This document shows, piece after piece, positions 27,690 through 36,898 of a stretch of DNA of 62,994 nucleotides; positions within the stretch are counted from its first letter, which is position 1, and each line of letters begins with the position of its first letter. The notes under the pieces were generated by a model. That model worked only from the letters and a program-made list of their open reading frames with translations, did not search any database and was not told where the DNA came from. Origin of the DNA: Terriglobales bacterium. GTDB taxonomy: Bacteria > Acidobacteriota > Terriglobia > Terriglobales > SCQP01. The position numbers and the translations under genes are program-made. The stretch lies in assembly GCA_035553115.1 (NCBI GenBank), contig DATNED010000034.1, forward strand, positions 1 through 62,994. Direction: 5' to 3'.

Positions 27690-28481
27690 ATGGCCGAGTG
27701 TCCTATTTGCGGTTTGCAGGAGCGCTGTCGAAATCATTGGGTCGCGGTGCAGGAGCCCGGAGGTGAGGTCGAATTCCAGGTCGGCGCCATGACCGCCAGC
27801 GAAGACAACCTCGTCCTGCTCCGCAACAAGCTCAAGAATCCGCCGCTGCGGTCGTTGTTTCAGCAGATTGCGCTTGCGCCGACCTGGGTCGAGGAGCAGG
27901 GAAGAACGCTCGCCTATTTGAACTGGCCCCTGGACCTGCGCGGCGCGGTGCACCGCACGCTATTTCCCAATGGCGCGCCCGGGCAGGACAATCGTCCGCT
28001 GCCGCCCACCCCGATGTTTGAACACCGCATCGCCGATTTGAGCCTCAAGGGCGTGAGCCTCGATTTCGAAATCTGCCTTCCCGATGAGCTGGTCTACAAA
28101 GCCCGCTTGGACCTCGGGGTGGAGGGCCTTGGTGTGGTCGCGTTCGAATACGTCCAGCTGGTCTGGGCCGATGGCATCGAATGGGGCGCAGTGCTGGCCG
28201 ATTCAGGTTTGCGCGCCCAAGCCCAGGCGTTGGTGCAGTTGCTCATGGCCGGTTTGGTCGACCCGCTCCGCGGCATGTTCTCCGGCCAGACCGCGACCCT
28301 GCTCTCCGAAGCGCATCCGCAAGGCTTGGCCGCCGGTGACGCGGTGGACGAAGTGGCGTTCGCGGGGGAAGTGCATCTTGGCGAAACCATCGAGAAAATG
28401 ATCAACGAGCGCCGCCTGCAGCCGCTGCTGCGCGACAGCCTGCTCGGCCTCGGCATGCAGCGTGCTCTCCCCGTTCAGTGA
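27690..28481 (+). CDS. Hypothetical protein
   Basis: 263 aa from ATG 27690 (MAECPICGL...). No TM segment or signal peptide, and no family recognised. It is co-directional with the EamA gene (8-nt gap) and hsp20. Confidence 0.6.
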   Translation: MAECPICGLQERCRNHWVAVQEPGGEVEFQVGAMTASEDNLVLLRNKLKNPPLRSLFQQIALAPTWVEEQGRTLAYLNWPLDLRGAVHRTLFPNGAPGQDNRPLPPTPMFEHRIADLSLKGVSLDFEICLPDELVYKARLDLGVEGLGVVAFEYVQLVWADGIEWGAVLADSGLRAQAQALVQLLMAGLVDPLRGMFSGQTATLLSEAHPQGLAAGDAVDEVAFAGEVHLGETIEKMINERRLQPLLRDSLLGLGMQRALPVQ

Positions 28482-28544
28482 GCGCCCGAAGCAGGCCACC
28501 CTTTGGCCCGTTCTAGCCTCCAAGCCCTGCAGGAGGTTGGAACC

Positions 28545-29042
28545 ATGTCGTCCAGAAGTTTGACTCGCCGCGAATCGTACCCCGCCGACATCTTCGATTT
28601 TCGCCGCAATGTGGATGATCTGTTCACACGCATGCTCACGCCCTTTTGGGACCGCCCCTGGGAGCGCTGGGCGGGCCAGCAACTAGCTTGGATACCGCCG
28701 GTCGAAAGCTTCATTGACCAGAACCGTTTCCACATTCGCCTCGCCTTGCCAGGCGTCAAGCCATCCGATGTGAATGTGCAGGTGCACGGGAACGAGCTCA
28801 GCATCAGCGGCGAGCGGAAACAGGATCTCACCCCGTCGGAAGATCGCACCTTCCAACGCGAGATCACCTACGGTTCGTTTGAAAGAATCGTCCCGCTCCC
28901 GGAGGGAGTCATGGGCGAAAAAATCGATGCCCAATTCAACGACGGCGTTCTGCAAATCTCAGCCCCGCTGAGCGAGAAGGCGGTTCCGCGCCGCATCGAG
29001 ATCAAGTCGGAAGGCACAGAGGGGAAGAAGCTCGCTGCCTAG
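28545..29042 (+). CDS. Hsp20/alpha-crystallin family small heat-shock protein
   Basis: Alpha-crystallin domain (PPVESFIDQNRFHIRLALPGVKPSDVNVQVHGNELSISGERK...FERIVPLPEGV...AQFNDGVLQISAPL). An AGGAGG sits at 28531-28536, 8 nt before the ATG. Confidence 0.92.
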   Translation: MSSRSLTRRESYPADIFDFRRNVDDLFTRMLTPFWDRPWERWAGQQLAWIPPVESFIDQNRFHIRLALPGVKPSDVNVQVHGNELSISGERKQDLTPSEDRTFQREITYGSFERIVPLPEGVMGEKIDAQFNDGVLQISAPLSEKAVPRRIEIKSEGTEGKKLAA

Positions 29043-29104
29043 CACCTGGCCAATCGAAATCCTACATCCGTTACGTCTGATAATGGATATTATGTCGAAT
29101 TGTC

Positions 29105-29554
29105 CTACGGATGCGACGCCGCCGCCTTGTCGCACGGCACCGGCGAAAGCACCGCGGGGCGTTCGTTGAGCGGATACTCGGCATCCACCTCGCGCACAAT
29201 TTGATCGAAGTTCCGTCGCTGCTGCGGGTCCAGGATCGCCCGCAAGCGATCCCGCTCCGCCTGCCGCACCTGATCAAATTGTGGCGCGAGCCGAAGCTCC
29301 AGCTGCTGGTACTCGCCTACGGTCTGCTGCAGCACCGCGTCCACCTGATCCTGCTGTTGCTGGGCGAGGTGGAGGCGTTCGCTCATCTTCTGCGCGATGA
29401 TACGGTGCTGCCGGATGTCGTACTCGTTCGCCGGATGGGCGTGCAGCCAATAATGCTCGGCGCTGTTCATGGCGGTGCCGCCCAGCAGCAGCCCGCTGAT
29501 GAAGATCAGGACCACGTAAATAATCGGTCGGCGGTCGGAGCCTGTGGCTTGCAT
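29105..29554 (-). CDS. Membrane-anchored periplasmic Spy/CpxP-like (LTxxQ-type) protein, last gene of the ECF sigma operon
   Basis: 149 aa with an N-terminal TM segment (IIYVVLIFISGLLLGG). This is followed by a Q/R-rich helical region with LHLAQQQQ and LDPQQRRNF motifs. Confidence 0.6.
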   Translation of the reverse strand: MQATGSDRRPIIYVVLIFISGLLLGGTAMNSAEHYWLHAHPANEYDIRQHRIIAQKMSERLHLAQQQQDQVDAVLQQTVGEYQQLELRLAPQFDQVRQAERDRLRAILDPQQRRNFDQIVREVDAEYPLNERPAVLSPVPCDKAAASHP

Positions 29555-29577
29555 GATGTTCGTTTCCCGCTACTTGC

Positions 29578-30048
29578 CTATGGGTTCATCAAGTTCAGCA
29601 TCACGTCCGCCAGTTGCGGCCGGACGTGATCATCCGAGGGATGCATTGGGTTCAGATGGGGAACGTCGAGCACGATCGCTTCATCGGCGTTCGGACGCTC
29701 GATGCGGCGGAAATTGTATAGAAACGAACCCAGCGTCACTGCAAACAACGTGCTCGCCAAGACCAAATCGCGGCCTCCAACCGGCATGAGGCGGCGTCGC
29801 GGTGCTGCCTCGAGAGCGGCCTGTAGCCGCGTCCAAAAGTAGCCGTCCTCCATTGCCGCTGCGCTCGTTTTGCTGCGCAGCGCGGCCAGCAAACTGCGGC
29901 TTTGTGCCGCCTCACGCCACCGCCCGGCACAAGCCGGGCAGTTGGATGCGTGCAGCTCCAGCGTTGCCGGGACCGCCTCCGGAAGCTCTCCCGGATGCAG
30001 CCCTAGATGATCTTCCAGCGCCAATACGAATTCATGACAATCGGACAT
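29578..30048 (-). CDS. Anti-sigma factor (zf-HC2 / ZAS-type)
   Basis: ATG at 30048 (MSDCHEF). It has the H-x3-C-x2-C motif (HASNCPAC), one TM segment (LVLASTLFAVTLGSFLY), and lies directly downstream of the ECF sigma gene. Confidence 0.75.
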   Translation of the reverse strand: MSDCHEFVLALEDHLGLHPGELPEAVPATLELHASNCPACAGRWREAAQSRSLLAALRSKTSAAAMEDGYFWTRLQAALEAAPRRRLMPVGGRDLVLASTLFAVTLGSFLYNFRRIERPNADEAIVLDVPHLNPMHPSDDHVRPQLADVMLNLMNP

Positions 30049-30061
30049 GACCGGTTCCCCC

Positions 30062-30727
30062 CTAAACGCGTTTCTTTTTCCAAGCCGACAGCAACGCTCG
30101 GCGAGCACGGAACAGGCGCACCTTGACCGTGTTCTCATTCAAATCGAGCATCTCAGCCACCTCGCGCACTGAGTGGCCCTGAACCTCTTTCAAAACCAGC
30201 AGAATGCGATCCTCCGGCGCGAGCCGGGCGAGAAGTTTTTCGGCCAGGTCCTTCATCTCCACCCGCCGCTCCAGGCTGGCAATCCCCGCCAAGCCGTGGA
30301 CATCGCGGTTCTCGACCCACGCCGCTTCATCCTCTGAGAGATCGGCGAGGATGGTTGCCTTCCGGACCCGCAGCTTGCGCAGATGGTCGTAGCATTCGTT
30401 CACCGCGATCTTGTAGATCCAGGTGCTCACCGCCGATTCGAAATGGAACTTGTCGAGCGCGAAATAGACCTTGGCGAACACCTGCTGCGCGATGTCGTCG
30501 CAATCGTTGGAATGGCGGAGAATGCCGCGAATCACCGCCGCCACGCGGGGATGGAAGCGCCGCACGAGCTCCTCAAACGCACCCGCTTCCCGCCCCTGGC
30601 AACGCCGCAGCAGGGCGAACTGGTCCGCCGCTTCAGTCTGGGTGGCTGGCTGGGTCGAAACCGATGGGGCGACCGCGCCAGTCAGCCGGGGCAGAACCGC
30701 TTCCATGTCGTCTTGGACGTTGGCCAT
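30062..30727 (-). CDS. ECF-type RNA polymerase sigma-70 family factor
   Basis: Region 2 (DCDDIAQQVFAKVYFALDKF..WIYKIAVNECYDHLR) and region 4 (HSVREVAEMLDLNENTVKVRLFRARRAL) are both present. Confidence 0.92.
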   Translation of the reverse strand: MANVQDDMEAVLPRLTGAVAPSVSTQPATQTEAADQFALLRRCQGREAGAFEELVRRFHPRVAAVIRGILRHSNDCDDIAQQVFAKVYFALDKFHFESAVSTWIYKIAVNECYDHLRKLRVRKATILADLSEDEAAWVENRDVHGLAGIASLERRVEMKDLAEKLLARLAPEDRILLVLKEVQGHSVREVAEMLDLNENTVKVRLFRARRALLSAWKKKRV

Positions 30728-30748
30728 GACTATGGCGTTTCCGGAAGC

Positions 30749-30775
30749 TCAGAGCTAGCTTCAGGATACCCGTTC
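30749..30775 (-). promoter_or_regulatory. Candidate ECF (sigmaE-type) autoregulated promoter
   Basis: On the - strand the sequence reads tGAAC-N18-TCTGA, ending 22 nt upstream of the sigma ATG. The spacing equals that between the GGAAC and TCTGA cores of the E. coli sigmaE consensus (GGAACTT-N16-TCTGA). Confidence 0.35.
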
Positions 30776-30799
30776 ACCCCGCTGCGGGGCCACTCTTCC

Positions 30800-32359
30800 C
30801 TACTCCCACTCGATGGTGGCCGGAGGTTTGGAGCTGATGTCGTACACCACGCGGTTGATGCCCTGCACTTCGTTCACGATGCGGCTCGAAATCCGCCCCA
30901 GAAGCTCATAAGGCAGCGGCGCCCAATCGGCGGTCATTCCGTCGTCGGATTGAACTGCGCGCAATGCGCACGTGTAGCCGTAGGTGCGCAAATCCCCCAT
31001 CACTCCCACCGTCCTCACCGGCAGCAGCACCGCGAAGGATTGCCAAAGCTTGATGTACCAGCCGGCTTGCTTGATTTCCGCCACGGCGATGGCGTCCGCG
31101 GCCTGCAGCAGCCTGATCCGCTCGGCCGTCACCTCGCCCACGATGCGGACCGCCAGCCCCGGGCCTGGGAAGGGTTGCCGCTGCAGCAGCTCGCGATCCA
31201 CGCCCAAATCCGCGCCCACGCGGCGGACCTCGTCCTTGAAGAGCTCGCGCAGCGGCTCTACCAGCTTCAACCGCAAGTCCGCCGGCAATCCGCCGACGTT
31301 GTGATGGCTCTTGATCACCGCCGACGGGCCGCGCACCGAAACCGATTCGATCACGTCCGGGTACAGCGTTCCCTGCACCAAATATTCCGCTCCCAGCTTG
31401 CGCGCTTCGGGCTCGAAGACCTCGATGAACACGCGACCGATGATCTTGCGTTTTTGCTCCGGGTCGGTGATTCCCGCCAGCTCGGACAAGAACTTCTCGC
31501 TTGCATCCACCGCCAGAATGTTCAGGCCGAGTTTCGCCCGCAGCGACTGCTGCACCTTGGCGAACTCGTCCTTGCGCAGCAGGCCGTTGTTGACAAACAC
31601 GCAGGTCAGGCGATCGCCGATGGCGCGGTGCACCAGGGTCGCCGCCACGGTCGAGTCCACGCCGCCGCTCAGGCCGCAGATGGCGACTCCTTTCTCTCCA
31701 ATGGCAGCGCGGATGCGCGCGGTCTGGGTCTCGATGAAGGACTGTGGCGTCCAGGTGCGTGCGATGCCGCAGAGGTCGAGGAAATTGCCCAGGAAGCGGT
31801 CCCCATGCTCGGTGTGGCGAACTTCAGGATGGAACTGCACCGCCCACATCTTGCGCTCCGGGTTCTCGATGGCGGCCAGCGCCGAGCGGCTGCGCCCGGC
31901 GACGCGGAATCCTTCCGGGAGTTTCTGCGCGGAATCGCCGTGCGACATCCAGACCATTTCGCGTTCGTCGCTGCCCCGAAACAGCGGACAGGCTGGATCC
32001 AGCATCGCTTCCGTTCGCCCGAATTCGCGCTCATCGGCGTTCTCAACCGTGCCGCCAAGCGTGTGCACCATCAATTGAAGTCCGTAGCAGATTCCGAGCA
32101 AGGGCAGGCCGCTCGTCCAGATTTCCGGCGCGCAGCGCGGCGCATCTTCGGCATAGACCGACGACGGGCCGCCGGAAAGTATGATGCCGGCCGGGTTCTG
32201 GGCTTGAATCTGCCCCCAGCCGGCGCTGTGCGGCAGGATCAAGCTGTAGGCGCCCAGCTCGCGCACGCGGCGCGCAATCAGTTGCGAGTATTGCGCGCCG
32301 AAATCCAGGACTACGATCGAGGCGGCGGACGGGGAGTTCGGCGCGGTGTTTCGGGTCAT
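30800..32359 (-). CDS. guaA: GMP synthase (glutamine-hydrolysing)
   Basis: GATase domain ([23 protein letters not shown]), the ATP-PPase motif SGGVDS, and the C-terminus PPATIEWE. Confidence 0.97.
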   Translation of the reverse strand: MTRNTAPNSPSAASIVVLDFGAQYSQLIARRVRELGAYSLILPHSAGWGQIQAQNPAGIILSGGPSSVYAEDAPRCAPEIWTSGLPLLGICYGLQLMVHTLGGTVENADEREFGRTEAMLDPACPLFRGSDEREMVWMSHGDSAQKLPEGFRVAGRSRSALAAIENPERKMWAVQFHPEVRHTEHGDRFLGNFLDLCGIARTWTPQSFIETQTARIRAAIGEKGVAICGLSGGVDSTVAATLVHRAIGDRLTCVFVNNGLLRKDEFAKVQQSLRAKLGLNILAVDASEKFLSELAGITDPEQKRKIIGRVFIEVFEPEARKLGAEYLVQGTLYPDVIESVSVRGPSAVIKSHHNVGGLPADLRLKLVEPLRELFKDEVRRVGADLGVDRELLQRQPFPGPGLAVRIVGEVTAERIRLLQAADAIAVAEIKQAGWYIKLWQSFAVLLPVRTVGVMGDLRTYGYTCALRAVQSDDGMTADWAPLPYELLGRISSRIVNEVQGINRVVYDISSKPPATIEWE

Positions 32360-34779
32360 GGCAGAACGAAATTGATCAGGCGGCCCGGCACGGCCACCAC
32401 CTGCCGCGGGGTGACGCCCGCCAGCAGCGGTGCCATCTTGTCGTGCGCGCGGGCCGCGGCTTCGAGCCCGGCGGCATCGGTGCCGGGCGGCACCGCCAGT
32501 CGGGCGCGCAGCTTGCCGTTGATTTGCACCACGACTTCAATCAGTTCCTCGCGCGCCAGCTCGCGGTCGAAGGCCGGCCACGGTTCCAGCCCGATCTGCG
32601 TCGCATGGCCGCGGCGCTGCCAAAGCTCATGCGCCAGGAACGGCGCGAACGGAGCCAGCATCAGCAGCAGCAGGCGCAAGGCTTCCTCCTGCGCCCCGGC
32701 GGAAATCTCCCCTTCGCAGGCATAGAATTCGTTGACCAGTTCCATCAGTCCGGCGATCGAGGTATTGAAGTGCCAGCGCCCCTCGAAGTCGCGGGTGAGC
32801 TTCCCCAGCACTTGATGGGCCTTGCGCAACAGTTGCTGGTCGGATCTTCCCTGGGCCGGCCCCGGCGGCGCTGTGACCGCAAGCCGCCAGACGCGCGCGA
32901 GAAATCGGTGGATCCCCTCGACGCCATTGTCTTGCCAGTCGAAATCTTTTTCCGGCGGGGCGGCGAAGAGCACGTACATCCGGGTGGCATCGGCGCCGAA
33001 GCGCTCGATCAGCTCCGCCGGATCCACCACGTTCCCCTTCGATTTCGACATCTTGGCGCCGAAGCGGGTGATCATGCCCTGCGTGAACAGGCGCGTGACC
33101 GGTTCATCGATTTGGCACAGCCCCAGGTCGCGCATCGCTTTGGTGAAAAAACGGGTGTAGATCAGGTGCAGAATGGCGTGCTCGATGCCGCCGACATACT
33201 GATCCACCGGCAGCCACCGCGCGATGTCGCCGGAATCGTACGGAGCGGTTTCTGCATGGGGGCTGGCGTAGCGGTAGAAGTACCAGGACGAATCCACAAA
33301 CGTGTCCATGGTGTCGGTCTCGCGCCGGGCTTGGCCGCCGCACCGCGGGCATTCGACCCGCCAGAAGTGTTCGTCGGCGGCGAGCGGCGATTGCCCTTCG
33401 CCGGTGAGCGTCACCTCGTCGGGCAGCAGCACCGGAAGCTGGTCGAGCGGCACCGGCACGATGCCGCATTTCGGGCAATGGAGCGCCGGGATCGGCGTGC
33501 CCCAGAAACGCTGGCGCGAGATGCCCCAGTCCTGCAATCGATAGGTGACGGTTCCCTTCCCCCAGCCCTTGCGCTCCGCCTCTGCAACCATCGCGGCGAT
33601 CGCGGCGCGGTTCTCCATGCCGCTGTAGGCGCCGGAATGTACCAGCACGCCGTCGCTCTCGAGCGCAGCTTCGAGGCGTGCCGGAATTCCTTCCTTCGGC
33701 GACACCACCGGCCGAATCGCCAGCCCATAGCGCGAGCAGAACTCGAAGTCGCGCTGATCGTGCGCCGGCACCGCCATGACCGCGCCGGTGCCGTAGCCCA
33801 TGAGGATGTAATTCGCAATCCAAACCGGAAGCGTTTCCCCGTTGAAGGGATTGACCGCCGTGCGCCTGGTGTCAAAACCTTCCTTCTCCGGTTCTTGCCC
33901 GGGCGCGAGGTGCCCCTGCCGATTTCGCAGCGCTCGGGCCTGGGCCACTCCATCGCGGTCCAGTAGCTGGGCCACCAGCGGATGCTCCGGGGCCAGCAGC
34001 AAAGCGCTCGCGCCGTAGATCGTGTCCACGCGGGTGGTGAACACGCGGACGCTGCCCGCGCCGGGAATGGCGAATTCGATCTCCGCCCCTTCGCTGCGGC
34101 CGATCCAGTTCCGCTGCATGGTGCGCACGCGCTCCGGCCAGCCCGGAAGCCGATCAAGGTCGCGCAGCAACTCCTCGGCGTAGGCGCTGATGCGGAAGTA
34201 CCACTGCTCCAGCTCGCGCTGCTCGACCGCCGTGTCTTCATGCCGCCAGCAGACCCCGCCCGCCACCTGCTCATTGGCCAGCACGGTCGCGCACTTCGGG
34301 CACCAGTTCACCAAGCCGCGCTTGCGGAACGCGAGGCCGCGCTCCAGGAATTTCAGGAACAACCACTGGTTCCAGCGGTAGTAGTCGGGCAGGCAGGTGG
34401 TGACTTCGCGCGACCAGTCGTAGCTGAATCCGAAGCGCTGATCCTGCCGCTTCATGTGCGCAATGTTGCCCAGCGTCCAGGCGCGCGGATGGGTGCGGTT
34501 GCGGATGGCCGCATTTTCCGCCGGCAGGCCGAACGAGTCCCAGCCCATGGGATGGAGCACGTCGTGGCCCTTCATCCACAGGTACCGCGCCAACGCATCC
34601 CCGATGGCGTAGTTCCGCACGTGCCCCATGTGCAGCGCTCCGCTCGGATACGGCAGCATCTCGAGCACGTAGTATTTCGGCCGCTGCGCCGATGCCGCCG
34701 CCGTGAAGGGATTTTCCGCCGCCCAGCGTTCGGCCCATTGCGGCTCGAAGCTTGCCGGCGAGTAGGAAGGCGCGTCCAT
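32356..34779 (-). CDS. leuS: Leucine--tRNA ligase
   Basis: ATG at 34779 ([19 protein letters not shown]). It has the HIGH-type motif [11 protein letters not shown] and KMSKS. The 68 codons upstream in ORF 32356..34983 are open leader sequence, not LeuS-like. Confidence 0.97.
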   Translation of the reverse strand: MDAPSYSPASFEPQWAERWAAENPFTAAASAQRPKYYVLEMLPYPSGALHMGHVRNYAIGDALARYLWMKGHDVLHPMGWDSFGLPAENAAIRNRTHPRAWTLGNIAHMKRQDQRFGFSYDWSREVTTCLPDYYRWNQWLFLKFLERGLAFRKRGLVNWCPKCATVLANEQVAGGVCWRHEDTAVEQRELEQWYFRISAYAEELLRDLDRLPGWPERVRTMQRNWIGRSEGAEIEFAIPGAGSVRVFTTRVDTIYGASALLLAPEHPLVAQLLDRDGVAQARALRNRQGHLAPGQEPEKEGFDTRRTAVNPFNGETLPVWIANYILMGYGTGAVMAVPAHDQRDFEFCSRYGLAIRPVVSPKEGIPARLEAALESDGVLVHSGAYSGMENRAAIAAMVAEAERKGWGKGTVTYRLQDWGISRQRFWGTPIPALHCPKCGIVPVPLDQLPVLLPDEVTLTGEGQSPLAADEHFWRVECPRCGGQARRETDTMDTFVDSSWYFYRYASPHAETAPYDSGDIARWLPVDQYVGGIEHAILHLIYTRFFTKAMRDLGLCQIDEPVTRLFTQGMITRFGAKMSKSKGNVVDPAELIERFGADATRMYVLFAAPPEKDFDWQDNGVEGIHRFLARVWRLAVTAPPGPAQGRSDQQLLRKAHQVLGKLTRDFEGRWHFNTSIAGLMELVNEFYACEGEISAGAQEEALRLLLLMLAPFAPFLAHELWQRRGHATQIGLEPWPAFDRELAREELIEVVVQINGKLRARLAVPPGTDAAGLEAAARAHDKMAPLLAGVTPRQVVAVPGRLINFVLP

Positions 34780-35020
34780 GAATCCTCTATTGTGCGGCAA
34801 AAACCCGCAATGGGAGGCTTCAACTACTAGCGGCAGGGCCCGAGTTGCCCCGCAGGTCGGGGAGCGACTCTCGGGAAGGGGCAAGACGGGGTGGTTGGCT
34901 AGGACGCAGGGAGGGCGCCAACCGCAGCGTGGCTCGATGCCTGTGCGCAGCACGGATGAGGATTCGCGCCCGACCGAGGACAACGCCAGACGTCCCGTAT
35001 CGCCCCGCCCCGCTCCAGGA
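34780..35020 (-). promoter_or_regulatory. Long structured 5' leader of leuS with an anti-SD element
   Basis: This is a 241-nt non-coding gap between nfo and leuS. The - strand RNA contains GAAUCCUC (plus coordinates 34958-34965), perfectly complementary to GAGGAUUC (34780-34787), which forms the SD and abuts the AUG. There are several nested helices, including GGUUGGC/GCCAACC and CCCGAG/CUCGGG. Confidence 0.4.
34986..35016. repeat. 31-nt intergenic repeat, copy 2 (CCAGACGTCCCGTATCGCCCCGCCCCGCTCC)
   Basis: 30/31 identical to 111-141. It lies 5 nt downstream of the nfo stop, at the 5' edge of the leuS leader. Confidence 0.8.
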
Positions 35021-35839
35021 TCAATCCGCCTTCAACCGTTCGAGTGCGGCGAGATCCTCGTGCTGGCCCTCGGGCGGCGTCTCGACGATGAAAGCCTTGG
35101 CGCGCATCCTGCGGTCGTGCAGCAGGCGCGCGAACGTCGCGAGGCCAAGCTTGCCTGCGCCGATGTGCGCATGGCGGTCGAGGTGGCTGCCGCGGTCGGA
35201 TTTGGCGTCATTGGCGTGGAGTACCGGTACCCGGGCGATGCCAATCGTCGCCCCCAGTTCGCGCATCGCGGCAGCGAATCCCTCGTCCGTTGCCAGGTCG
35301 TAGCCCGCCGCCCAGGCGTGGCAGGTGTCCACGCACGCGCCCAACTGCAATTCCGCGCATCCGTCCAGAATCGCGGCCACCGCGCCGAAATCGCCGCCGA
35401 GGTGGTTTCCTCCTCCGGCGGTGTTCTCGATCAGCAGTTGGAGTCCGTTCCAGCGGAAACCTTCGCACGCCTCCTTCAATCCGGCAATGCAGGCCTGCAA
35501 ATCACCGCTTCCTGGATGCAAAACCAGGTACTCGGCGCCGATCGCGGCCGCCCGCTCCAGCTCGCCGCGCAGCGCCTGGAACGATCGCTTCCGGAATTCG
35601 CTGTTGCTGCTGGCCACGTTGATCAGGTAGCTGGCATGCACCACCAATGGTTGGATCTTGTACTTGCGCCGCAGGCGCTTCAGCTCTGCGATCGCTTCCG
35701 GCTTTGGCGCGGACGCCCGCCATTGCCGCGGGCTCGAGGTGAAGATCTGCATCGTCGCGCATCCCAGCTCGTGGGCGCGTTCTGCGGCCAGGTGGACGCC
35801 TCCGGCGCTGGAAACGTGCGTGCCAATGCGGGGTGGCAT
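35021..35839 (-). CDS. nfo: Deoxyribonuclease IV (endonuclease IV)
   Basis: 272 aa with [45 protein letters not shown] and HANDAK motifs. Confidence 0.93.
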   Translation of the reverse strand: MPPRIGTHVSSAGGVHLAAERAHELGCATMQIFTSSPRQWRASAPKPEAIAELKRLRRKYKIQPLVVHASYLINVASSNSEFRKRSFQALRGELERAAAIGAEYLVLHPGSGDLQACIAGLKEACEGFRWNGLQLLIENTAGGGNHLGGDFGAVAAILDGCAELQLGACVDTCHAWAAGYDLATDEGFAAAMRELGATIGIARVPVLHANDAKSDRGSHLDRHAHIGAGKLGLATFARLLHDRRMRAKAFIVETPPEGQHEDLAALERLKAD

Positions 35840-35872
35840 TCAGAAAGGATACCGTGCGGCTAAGATTGAACG

Positions 35873-36898
35873 ATGCGGGTTGGCATTCTGACCGGAGGAG
35901 GCGATTGCCCAGGGCTGAACGCGGTGATCCGGGCCGTGGTGCGCAAGGGCACGATGTTCTATGGCGATTCCGTGGTCGGCTTTCTCGAGGGATGGCGCGG
36001 TGTGGTCGAGAACAGGGGCATCGAACTCGATCTCGACAGCATCGCCGGCATCATCCACCGCGGCGGCACCATCCTGCGCACTTCGCGCACCAATCCCGCC
36101 CGCGACCTCGACGGCATGGAGCGCGTGAAAAAAACCTTCCAGGCGCAACACCTCAGCGCGCTGGTGGCTGTGGGCGGCGACGACACCTTGGGCGTGGCGC
36201 AATGGATCTCCCACGCGGGGCTTCCCGTAGTCGGCGTGCCCAAGACGATTGACAACGATCTGTCGGGCACCGACCTTTGCTTCGGCTTCGACACCGCGGT
36301 GGGCATCGCCACCGAGGCCATTGACCGGCTGCACAGCACCGCCGAGGCGCACAACCGCGTGATGGTGGTCGAGGTGATGGGGCGCGAAGCCGGATGGATC
36401 GCAGTCTACTCCGGCATCGCCGGCGGCGCGGACGTGATCCTCATTCCCGAGAAGCCGTTTAACCTCGCCGAGGTTTGCGACTTGCTCCGCCGCCGCCACG
36501 CTCGAGGGAAATATTTCAGCATCGTGGTCGTGGCCGAAGGCGCGAAATGGGCCGAAGCGCCCGTGACCCAGGGCGTCCGGAAAGACGAGTTCGGCCACGA
36601 ACGCCTGGGGGGCGTCAGCAACCTGCTCGCCGAGCAGATCGAACGCCATACCGGCTACGAAACCCGCGTCGTCATCCTCGGCCACACCCAGCGGGGCGGT
36701 TCGCCCACCGCCTTCGACCGCATGCTTGCAACCCGCTACGGCATCCAGGCGATCGATATGGTCCACCGCGGCGAATTCGGCCGCATGGCGGCGCTGAGCG
36801 GCCAAACCATGGGCAGCGTCCCGCTGGAGGAGGCCCTCAGCCGCAATCGCAAGGTGGACGACGAACTCTACTCCATGGCCTCGGTGTTCTTTGGCTAA
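35873..36898 (+). CDS. 6-phosphofructokinase (residue signature suggests PPi-dependent type)
   Basis: Motifs: MRVGILTGGGDCPGLNAVIRAVV, GGDDTLGVA, VPKTIDNDL, MGREAGW. Confidence 0.93.
   Translation: MRVGILTGGGDCPGLNAVIRAVVRKGTMFYGDSVVGFLEGWRGVVENRGIELDLDSIAGIIHRGGTILRTSRTNPARDLDGMERVKKTFQAQHLSALVAVGGDDTLGVAQWISHAGLPVVGVPKTIDNDLSGTDLCFGFDTAVGIATEAIDRLHSTAEAHNRVMVVEVMGREAGWIAVYSGIAGGADVILIPEKPFNLAEVCDLLRRRHARGKYFSIVVVAEGAKWAEAPVTQGVRKDEFGHERLGGVSNLLAEQIERHTGYETRVVILGHTQRGGSPTAFDRMLATRYGIQAIDMVHRGEFGRMAALSGQTMGSVPLEEALSRNRKVDDELYSMASVFFG

Noticed and set aside
25861-27792. 643-aa ORF on the + strand
   Set aside because: It is antisense to hutU and out of frame over the EamA gene. No motifs were seen.
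30383-32725. 780-aa ORF on the + strand
   Set aside because: It is antisense to guaA and the leuS 3' end. It has no recognisable domains and an Arg/Ala/Gly-biased composition. guaA and leuS are certain.
34780-35020. T-box riboswitch upstream of leuS
   Set aside because: There is no GGUGGUACCGCG-like T-box sequence on the transcribed (-) strand. The only similar string (GGGGTGGTTGG) is on the wrong strand.
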